A stretch of 64,000 nucleotides of DNA. Origin: an uncultured Gammaproteobacteria bacterium. GTDB taxonomy: Bacteria; Pseudomonadota; Gammaproteobacteria; Steroidobacterales; Steroidobacteraceae. The notes under the pieces are model-generated. The model was not told where the DNA came from and did not search any database. It saw only the letters and a program-made list of their open reading frames with translations. The position numbers and the translations under genes were made by a program. Below, in pieces: positions 18,901-29,554 of the stretch. Positions within the stretch are counted from its first letter, which is position 1. Each line of letters starts with the position of its first letter. The stretch spans positions 278,951 to 342,950 of the forward strand of contig CAWJMS010000033.1 in assembly GCA_963843985.1 (NCBI GenBank). The letters are read 5' to 3'.

Positions 18901-20352
18901 GGCGATCGACGGCACGCCCGCGCTGTCGAGTACGAACAGCATGTAGAAGCCCGGCGGCGCATCGGCTGCGCGGGTTGGCGACTGCACCATCAACCGGTTG
19001 CCGCTGGCCCGTGAACGTCAGCTCGATGAAGCGCTGCTCCATGTTGAAGCTGTGCGTCACGGCCGCGGTCTTGATCATGACCACCCGGCCGATGCCTGGG
19101 CCCGAGGTGAAATCGACGGAGAACGTCTGGCCGATGTCGATGACCGACGGAGCCGAGTCGATGGCCGGGCGGGACGCGAGCTCACCGGATGCGTCGTACA
19201 GGTACGGCGGATAGTAGACCTCGAAGTTGGTGTTGTTCTGCGGACCGGGCGCGCCGCCGCCCGCGACCAGCACGCTGGCGTCCGGCATCAGCACGGACGT
19301 CGAGTGGTACAGCCGCGCGCGGCTCGCCGCGGGCGCCGACGGTCCAGGTGCCGGTGCTCGGATCCCAGATCTCGGCGGTGTAACTGGCGTTGGTCATGTC
19401 GTTCCAGACCGGACTGCCGCCGGTGGCCAGCACCTTGCCGTCCGGCGAGTATCGTGGCATTGACCAGTCGGCGCTGCGACGACATGGAGCCGGTCGGCGG
19501 TCACCACCGGCGCGCCGCCCGTGATGTCGATGACGACGGCGCCGTTGGAGTTGCCGCCGAATTGCAGGATGCGACCCGGCCGGAACATGGCCGCGCTCGC
19601 GTCGCTGCCGGTGGGCCCGCTGAACTGGCCCACGTTGGTGATCGAGCCCGTGCCGGCAGTGTTGACGTAGTACATCTTGCCGTTGCTGTCGTAGCCGAAC
19701 ACACGGCCGTCCGGCGCAATGAAGTTGCGCGGGTACATGAAGTCGAGGGAACCCGTACCCGCACCGGTCAGCAGCCGGAAGGTGCCGTCGGTCGCTCGGA
19801 CCTCCGGGTAATCCGTGCCGCCCGAACCACCCTGCGTGTAGACCTCGCCGCTCAGCAGCGCGATGGAGCTCGAATACCATCGCGCGCGGTTCATGTTGCC
19901 CTGGCGCGTGAGCGAGCCGCTGGTGACCGGGCTGCTGGTGTAGTCGAAGAGATTGCTGTTGTTGTTGCCGCGTGTTGGTGGTGCCCGTGCCGGTCCAGTT
20001 GTCGCCACCGGCGATGAACACGTTGCCGCCCTGGGGCAACACCAGCGTGGAACTGCAGAAGATATCGGTTCCGGTCAGGTTGGCGACCGTGGAGTGGCCA
20101 CCGCTGAGCCCGCCTGCGGGGTCCCACACGTCGTAAATGAAGTAGCCGGTCTGCGTGCCGTCGGCCTTGGTGCCGAAGCTGAGCACGCGGCCATCCGGCA
20201 TCAGCACCATGTGCACCGGAATGAGTGGCCACGGAATGACAGGCGGACCACGCACCCGTCACGTTGGGTGCAGCGGTCGCAAGGCCGGCAGACGACGCCA
20301 GGATCAGCCCCAGGAATGACCCCAGGACACCACGACGCACGATCGTAGTCAT
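15983..20352 (-). CDS. secreted multidomain protein (at least 8 apparent frameshifts): galactose-oxidase-like copper-radical oxidase (Kelch + DUF1929) / He_PIG Ig / PKD / YVTN beta-propeller / di-haem cytochrome c peroxidase / PA14
   Basis: Signal peptide MTTIVRRGVLGSFLGLILASSAGLATA from ATG 20352. Putative galactose-oxidase Cu-site equivalents are DIFCSS (Cys ~20055-20057), RWYSSS (Tyr ~19874-19876), RLYHSTS (~19304-19309) and VTHSFNMEQR (His ~19052-19054). DUF1929-like PPGFYMLFVLDSAGVPS follows, then He_PIG-like LSASDPNGDVLGFGASGLPAGLSLN, PKD-like YQWDFDDGT and YVTN-type propeller repeats. Haem motifs are CASCH (~17101-17129) and CAGCH (~16690-16730). A C-terminal PA14 runs GLVGQYFNN...DDGVRLWINGVQVINNW...QLRWKTPG. 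All segments are collinear across frames with no gene-like gaps. Confidence 0.7.
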
Positions 20353-20623
20353 CACCGCCCTGCCCCCTGTTCTTCGCGCGGTGCGTCTTCTTTGTGGCTT
20401 GCAGGGCCTGCAATTTCCACGCCAGCCGCGGGTGCGCGTAGTCGGCTCAGGCACTTACACATTCGACAGCGGACTGGATGCAGTCTTGCGGCGGCGCAGT
20501 ATGTAAAGAACGCCGACGCACAAGAACAGGCAAAACCGGCGCACGGCGCGGGCCCTCGCCCGGACCCGCCCCCTGGCTAAGGCCGCTACAACTGAATGTC
20601 ATCCCTCTGACGATTTGCGCTGA

Positions 20624-20815
20624 CGGCGAGGGCGCGACCCGAACGCACCCAAGGCTTTTGCCCTTGGCCCGTTCAAGTCTCAAGACTCATTTGCGCGCAG
20701 GTCACACCCGAACACTGACGCCTGATCGCCCTGCATCCGCGACGCAGAGCCTTGCACACGAATTGCGAGCGATCCGCCGACGTTGCAACTCAAGTGCAAT
20801 TTTCGCGGCCTCCCG
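20624..20815 (-). repeat. degenerate copy A of the tRNA-Ser 3' half plus ~125-bp conserved flanking arm (att-like remnant)
   Basis: 20624-20687 aligns with the variable-arm/T-arm part of the tRNA-Ser at 25636. Examples: ccaaggcttttgcccttgg against cggaaggctttcaccttcgg, and gttcaagtctcaagact against copy B gttcaaatctcaagact. 20750-20815 aligns at ~70% with 23731-23796, with the same spacing. Confidence 0.55.
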
Positions 20816-20985
20816 TCGCTCGCATCCACATCGAGCATTGCAAACTGATCGTGCTTCCGACGCCGAACGTCGCCATTGCCCTGCGCCAGGCGCTCTGTGC
20901 GCCAAGCAACAGACGGGTCGGCGGTCCGCGCCTATACAGGTCGCCTTGCATCCGCTTCCGCGGCTGCGCATTTCCAAAGGACGTC

Positions 20986-23525
20986 ATGAGCAATCGGGGC
21001 TATCTGTGTATTCTCGCCTTGCTGGGCATGATGCTGCCTGCCATCGCGCAGCCGGCCGCGGCCCCCGCCCCAGTGGCAGACGCTCCTACACTGAGCGGCC
21101 TTGTGCCTCCACCGAACCTTGACTTCCGGGTTGCTCCCGCGTCGGTCGCGAAGGGCGCATCCGCATCCATCAGTTGGTCGAGCAAGTACGCAAGCAGCTG
21201 CACGGCCGGTGGCGGTTGGTCCGGCGCCAAGGCGAAAAGCGGCACGCAGTCGAGTGGCGCGCTGTCGGCGACGACCACGTTCACGCTCAGTTGCACAGGC
21301 GCCGGCGGCACGGCCAGCCAGAGCGCAACTGTCGACCGTGGCGGCAGCAGCGCCGACCGTGTCCCTGACCGCGAGTCCAGCTTCGGTCGCAAGCGGCGGG
21401 ATCCTCCACGCTGACATGGAGCTCGACCAACGCGACGCAGTTGCACGGCCTCCGGCGGCTGGAGCGGCGCCAAGGCGACGAGCGGCACGCAGTCGAGTGG
21501 CGCGCTGTCGGCGACGACCACGTTCACGCTCAGTTGCACCGGCGCCGGCGGCACGGCCAGCCAGAGCGCAACTGTCACCGTGGCGGCAGCAGCGCCGACC
21601 GTGTCCCTGACCGCGAATCCAACGTCGGTCGCAAGCGGCTCGTCCTCCACGCTGACGTGGAGCTCGACCAACGCGACGCAGTTGCACGGCCTCCGGCGGC
21701 TGGAGCGGCGCCAAGGCGACGAGCGGCACGCAGTCGAGCGGCGCGCTGTCGGCGACGACCACGTTCACGCTCAGTTGCACGGGCGCCGGCGGCACGGCCA
21801 GCCAGAGCGCAACTGTCACCGTGCGGCACCGACGGTGTCCCTGACCGCGAGTCCAGCTTCAGTCGCAAGCGGCTCGTCCTCCACGCTGACATGGAGCTCG
21901 ACCAACGCGAGCTGCACGGCCTCCGGTGGCTGGAGCGGCGCAAGGCGACGAGCGGCACGCATCGAGCGGCGCGGTCGCGACGACCACGTTCACGCTCACC
22001 TGCACGGGCGCCGGCGGCACAGCGAGCCAGAGCGAACGGTCACGGTGGCGGCAGCAGCGCCGACGGTCACTGACCGCAAATCAGCGTCGGTCGCAAGCGG
22101 CGCCTCTTCGACGCTGACCTGGAGCTCGACCAACGCAACCAGTTGCACGGCCTCCGGCGGCTGGAGCGGCGCCAAGGCGACCAGCGGCACGCAGTCGACC
22201 GGCGCGCTGGCCGCGACGACCACCTATCACGCTCACCTGCACGGGCGCCGGCGGCACCGCAAGCGACAGCATCACCGTCACGGTCGGCGCCGTCGCCGGT
22301 CCGGCCTTCCCGCTGCACGTCGAAGCCGGCAAGCGCTACTTGGTCGATGCCGCGGGCCAGCCTTTCTTCATGAACGGCGACACGCCCTGGGACCTGATTG
22401 CCCAGCTCAAGCGCGAGGATGTGGACGTCGTACCTGGAGAACCGGCGACTCAAGGGATTCAACACGATCCTCGTCGAACTGATGGAACACCAGTTTTCAT
22501 CGAACCCGCCGAACAATGTGTACGGTGCTGCGCCCTTCACCACCCCGGGCGATTTCTCGACGCCGAACGAGGCCTATTTCGCGCACGCCGAGTACGTGAT
22601 TGCCAAAGCGAAGTCGAAAGGCATCCTGGTGCTGATCACGCCGGCCTACATGGGCGGCGGCGGTGAGGGCTGGTACCAGGAGATGGTGGCGAACGGCGAG
22701 GCCAAGCTGCGCGCATACGGCCAATACGTCGCAAATCGCTTCAAGGCGTACGACAACATCCTCTGGGTCGAGGGCGGCGACTACAATCCTCCGGAGAAGG
22801 TGCTGCTGCGCGCGGTGGCCAACGGCATCCGCGACGTCACGCCGAACGCGCTGCAGACGTTCCATGGATCCAGGGGCACCTCCGCACTCGCCTTCCTCGG
22901 CACCTCCGAGCCCTGGCTCAACGTCAACACGATCTATACCGACGAAACCACCGTCGTCGCCAACGCGTTCCTGGAATACGGCCGCTCGACGATGCCGTTC
23001 TTCCTGGTCGAGGCTCGCTACGAGGGCGAACGGGCTTCGGTGAGCTGATCGCGCGATCGCAGGCCTACCAGACCGTGCTGTCGGGTGGCATGGGCCACCT
23101 GTACGGCAACGATCCGCTGTGGTACTTCCCGGCGGGCTGGCAAGCGGCGATGAACGACCCGGCTGCGGCGAGCCTGGCCTACTTGCGGACTCTTTTCGAT
23201 TCACTCGCCTGGTGGACCCTGGTCCCCGACACCGGCAATGCGCTCCTGACGGCGGGCACCGGCTCGGGCAGCTCGCGCGCGGTCGCGGCCAAGGCCAGCA
23301 CCGGTGCGTTCGCGATTCTCTATACGCCCTCGGTGCGCGCCTTGACCGTCAACCTGGCGCAGCTGAGCGGACCGAACGTGCGGGCACGCTGGTACGACCC
23401 GACGAGCGGCACGTACGCGCCCATCGCTGGTTCGCCGTTCGCCGCCAGTGGCTCACGGACTTCACGCCGACCGGCAGCAACGCAACGGAGTTGGTGACTG
23501 GGTGCTGGTGCTTGAAAGCCAGTGA
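20986..23525 (+). CDS. secreted protein with five tandem ~81-aa Ig-like repeats, a DUF4038 (GH140-like) domain and a C-terminal collagen-binding-like beta-sandwich (at least 5 apparent frameshifts)
   Basis: Signal peptide MSNRGYLCILALLGMMLPAIAQP. Repeats follow the pattern APTVSLTASPASVASGxSSTLTWSSTNATxCTASGGWSGAKATSGTQSSGALSATTTFTLSCTGAGGTASQSATVTV. The DUF4038-like core reads KRYLVDAAGQPFFMNGDTPWDL...KGFNTILVELME...ILWVEGGDYNP. The C-terminus is ...RARWYDPTSGTY...DWVLVLESQ*, with stop at 23523-23525. Confidence 0.7.
21105..22290 (+). repeat. five tandem ~240-243-bp coding repeats (Ig-like modules); copies 2 and 3 are nearly identical at the DNA level
   Basis: The string gcagcagcgccgaccgtgtccctgaccgcga recurs at ~21345 and ~21588. 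Diverged versions occur near ~21828 and ~22050. There are long identical runs between ~21440-21600 and ~21680-21830. Confidence 0.8.
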
Positions 23526-23605
23526 CCTGCCAGAAGCCGGGCGATCTCAGCCGGTCGTGCCAGGCATATACGCGCAACGGCCGTCCATACGCGCGTGTAT
23601 TCCTA

Positions 23606-23796
23606 GCGGTGGGGGTGGGATTCGAATCCACGGAAGGCTTTCACCTTCGGCGGTGTTCAAATCTCAAGACTCTCTCACACGCGCAACGCATGCGCGCAAA
23701 CGCCTAATCCCCCCGAATCAGTAGTGGATTGCCTTGCCTATGAATTGCAGGGACTCGGCCGGCATTGCAACCCGAGTGCAACTGTACCGGCTGCCC
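23606..23796 (-). repeat. copy B of the tRNA-Ser 3' half (not a functional tRNA) plus conserved flanking arm (att-like remnant)
   Basis: 23606-23654 (gcggtgggggtgggattcgaatccacggaaggctttcaccttcggc) matches 25638-25686 of the tRNA-Ser gene with one mismatch. It has no CCA, D-arm or 5' acceptor strand. 23655-23796 is homologous to copy A, not to the tRNA gene. Confidence 0.7.
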
Positions 23797-24132
23797 TCGC
23801 ACGCTCGAACGCGGCCTCGATCTCCGCGATCCACGCCTGCCGATCATGGGGCCGCGGCACGGCCGCGGGAGTCTCCATGTCGGCGAGCGGCAGGACTTCA
23901 TAGTGCGCGACGATGTAGACCGGCGACATGGCGAGGAGTCGTTCGAGTTCCTCGTTCGACGTCACGTCATAGATCCACGCTCCGCCATGTCGCCCGACGA
24001 TGTGGTACCGGGCGATGAGCTTGCCCTGCTTGACGAGACCGGCGGAGCATAATCCGGCGTTCGGGCGATCGCCTGGACCATCTCCGCCCGCAGGCCTGCG
24101 ATCTCGAAACGCCACAAGATGAGGAATTTCAT
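23738..24132 (-). CDS. dimeric alpha/beta-barrel protein (DUF3303 / muconolactone-isomerase-like), one apparent frameshift
   Basis: MKFLILWRFEIAGLRAEMVQAIARTPDYA... from ATG 24132 continues in the second frame as ...GKLIARYHIVGRHGGAWIYDVTSNEELERLLAMSPVYIVAHYEVLPLADME. The 3' tail overlaps repeat copy B, so the true stop may be earlier. Confidence 0.4.
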
Positions 24133-24342
24133 TTGCTCCCTCCTTGTCACCATCGTGATCGGCCGACAGAGGGCTTCACTTTAGACCCCCGCATCGACGC
24201 CCGGTAGGGGGAGCCGTTGCAAGCGGACTGCTTTGATTCGATTGGCCGCCGATCGCGTGCCACGCACATGAAATGCCGCTCCGACGCGATGCACCGGTTT
24301 CGGTGCGCGCCCTGTGATCCTTACCCGCGCTACGATGCCTGA

Positions 24343-24603
24343 ATGATCGACCTCGGCACGATCGGCGGCTTGCATGAACATCAGCACGAACTGCACGCCT
24401 ACTGCCTGCACTGCGACCGCTGTCGCGTGTTGCCGCTCGAAAGGATGGTAAGCCAGGGTCTGAGCGATCGACGCTTGCCGCTTGCTGTGCGATGCCGTGA
24501 ATGTGGACAGCGCGGGCAGCTGCAAGCGCGGCCGCCAATGCCGGCACGAACGGCGACCGGATGGATTGCGCCGCCGGCCCCGAGTCACGGCGGTACGCAA
24601 TAA
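24343..24603 (+). CDS. small CxxC...CxxC zinc-ribbon-like protein (paralogue of 5274..5516)
   Basis: 86-aa ORF, MIDLGTIGGLHEHQHELHAYCLHCDRC...VRCRECGQRGQLQARPPMP. It is collinear with the 80-aa ORF at 5274, and the Cys pairs are conserved. Confidence 0.5.
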   Translation: MIDLGTIGGLHEHQHELHAYCLHCDRCRVLPLERMVSQGLSDRRLPLAVRCRECGQRGQLQARPPMPARTATGWIAPPAPSHGGTQ

Positions 24604-25635
24604 GACGCCTTCACATCAGGCACGCTCGACCGTCCGCATGTCCTGGGCGTGACTAGCGCGCCGACCGAGGCTTAGGCGGCGCCGTCGATGGCCGGGATGC
24701 CCGCGCGTCGCGGCTGTTCGCACGCTCTGCGGCGAGAGTGTGCGGCGCGTCACAGAATCGACACGCCAAGTTGCGGACTGTTTGCTGATCTCCGAGGTGA
24801 GGACTATCTGGATTGACCCATCGGTCCCGACCAACGGGTTCGCCCGGACACACGCTTGACGATTGCATGGTTGCTGGAAACGCTATTCGTCGGAGGTTTC
24901 GCCGGCGTCTTCTTGATGGCACTGGCCCGATCGGGTGCCGAACCTACGCCATCGAAGGACGTACCGACGCGGGAAGCGGCCGGTAATCGCGCCAAGTGAT
25001 GGGGAAAGCACGATGAACCTGGCGCAAGTCCTGACGGTCATCGCTTACCTCGCCGCGGTGGTCGCGGCGTACGTGGTGATTACAGACGGGAGAACACGAC
25101 CACGTCGCTTGGCACATCGCCGCTCGAGCGCCACGTAGCGTTCGTACAGGCGGTGCAGTTCAACCGCGAGCCACCGCTCATGTTCTGTGTTGAAGGCGCC
25201 CCAGGCCTGCTGACGCTGCGCCTCGATCGCCGCCGCACGGACGATCAAGGCGGCCAGCTCGATGCGGACCTCGTCCGTCACCATGTCAGCCAGCGATAGA
25301 CCAACACGCCGACCGCAATCGCGCCGACGATCTCAGCCGCGAGTTCCAGAATTCGCCGGTGCGTACGCGGAGTCATTGGCCGACTCCCGCGACCAAGGCA
25401 ACATGCTCACCGGTCATTGCATCGTCCGGATCGTGGCTCCGCCGATGTCGATCCGCATCAGACCGTGGGCTGCCGGGTGGATCGGCAGTGCTGGGACCTA
25501 GAGAATCGTGGGGCCGCTTTCGACAGTTGCGTCGACCACTGAGCCGACTACCCGAAGCGGACGATCCCAACGACGACGTTAGGAGCCTTCCTGCATGCGC
25601 GATCTGCTCAAGCTACTTGATATTAATAACTAAAT

Positions 25636-25725
25636 TGGCGGTGGGGGTGGGATTCGAACCCACGGAAGGCTTTCACCTTCGGCAGTTTTCAAGACTGCTG
25701 CCATCAACCGCTCGGCCACCCCACC
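25636..25725 (-). tRNA. tRNA-Ser (anticodon UGA), class II with long variable arm
   Basis: The reverse complement folds by hand as GGTGGGG-TG-GCC GAGCGGTTGAT GGC-A-GCAGT CTTGAAA ACTGC-CGAAGGTGAAAGCCTTCC-GTGGG TTCGAAT CCCAC-CCCCACC-G-CCA. The 7-bp acceptor, T-loop TTCGAAT, encoded CCA and anticodon loop CT-TGA-AA are all present. Confidence 0.9.
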
Positions 25726-25800
25726 GCTGCAGGAAACTCCCAGGCGCGATTACAAACGGCCCGCATGGCCGATGCAATCGTCCCCGCCCGGCTCGGCGCG

Positions 25801-28546
<2,746 letters not shown>

Positions 28547-28899
28547 CCGCCGGTGACGGTTCGCGCGATGCCAAGACCCAGCGCCACGCCCACCGCGTTC
28601 GCGAGCATGTCGACCGGATCGGCGTCGCGTCCCATGCCCATCAGGTACTGGCCGATCTCCATCGACAGTCCGAGTCCGAGCAGCGCCAGCACGATGATCG
28701 CATCCCGCCGGCGCGGGTAGAGGCCAGTGAACCAGACGGTCAGGAACCCGTACGTGCCGAGGTGCTCGACCTTGTCGAATTCGCCCGGCACCGGAACGTT
28801 CACGGACGTCTGCAGACTGCCCCAGACGACGATCGAGACGAGCACGACGCTCGCCGTCAGCCACAGCCCGCGCAGGCGCAGTTCGAGCATCGCGTCGTG

Positions 28900-29532
28900 T
28901 CAGCGGCCTGCGTTGCCGATCACGTCCGCGCCCTTCGGCGGCACGAACCGGAAAGCCGAATCGTCGACCTTGCCGTTGCGCACGAGACCGCGGAACTCGA
29001 TGGAGGTCGCCTGGCCGAGCTTGTCGACGAGTTCCATCGCGGCCAGTTCGCCTTTGGCGTCGAAGGCCAGGCTGACGCGCTCGAAATCCGACCCTTGCTG
29101 GGTCGGCTGCAACGTGCACCAGGCGAGCGCGCCGCGCTGCTGCACGGGCCCGCCGGTGAACGCGTCGCTCGCCTTGCCCGAGCCGGACAGCAGCATCGCG
29201 GGCGTCGAGCCCAGCCCCTGCTCGAGCGGCCTGACCGTCACCTGCTCGAGGTCGGCGTCGTACAGCCAGAGCTTGCTGCCGTCGGCGACGATGGTCTGCA
29301 GGTAAGGTTCGCGGTAATCCCAGCGAAACCGATCAGGCCGCGAGAGCGTGAGCCTGCCCGAGGCGTGGTTGGTGATCTGGCCCTTGTTGTCGCGGACGAT
29401 CTGCTCGAAGTCGGCCGCAATCGTCTTCAGCGAGCCGAGGAAGGCCTCGACACGCGCCAGCGAGTCGTCAGCCGCGTGCGCCGGCCATGCAGCCATCAAC
29501 AGCGCGCACAGCAACCCGGATCGTCGCAGCAT
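28900..29532 (-). CDS. lolA: outer-membrane lipoprotein carrier protein LolA
   Basis: Signal peptide [20 protein letters not shown] (preferred start 29532; the ORF track starts at 29583). LolA-like core reads [10 protein letters not shown]...[15 protein letters not shown]...[11 protein letters not shown]. Its position between ftsK and rarA matches E. coli. Confidence 0.85.
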   Translation of the reverse strand: MLRRSGLLCALLMAAWPAHAADDSLARVEAFLGSLKTIAADFEQIVRDNKGQITNHASGRLTLSRPDRFRWDYREPYLQTIVADGSKLWLYDADLEQVTVRPLEQGLGSTPAMLLSGSGKASDAFTGGPVQQRGALAWCTLQPTQQGSDFERVSLAFDAKGELAAMELVDKLGQATSIEFRGLVRNGKVDDSAFRFVPPKGADVIGNAGR

Positions 29533-29554
29533 GCTGGGGGTGCCCGCCACGGGG

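Noticed and set aside
23606-23700. A second tRNA-Ser gene, or a tmRNA/tRNA-Sec-like gene.
   Set aside because: Only the variable arm, T-arm and 3' acceptor strand are present. There is no 5' acceptor strand, D-arm, proper anticodon stem or CCA. The T-stem has an A-C mismatch. It is better explained as an att-type duplicate.
24616-24995. Three overlapping minus-strand ORFs (72-89 aa) in the island remnant as real genes.
   Set aside because: They mutually overlap in different frames, are Arg/Ser/Pro-rich, and have no recognisable motifs or ribosome-binding sites. They probably lie in non-coding decayed DNA.
20440-25640. An intact prophage, ICE or genomic island with an integrase at the tRNA-Ser locus.
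   Set aside because: None of the listed ORFs in this interval shows tyrosine/serine recombinase, transposase, or phage structural or conjugation motifs. Only the repeat scars remain.
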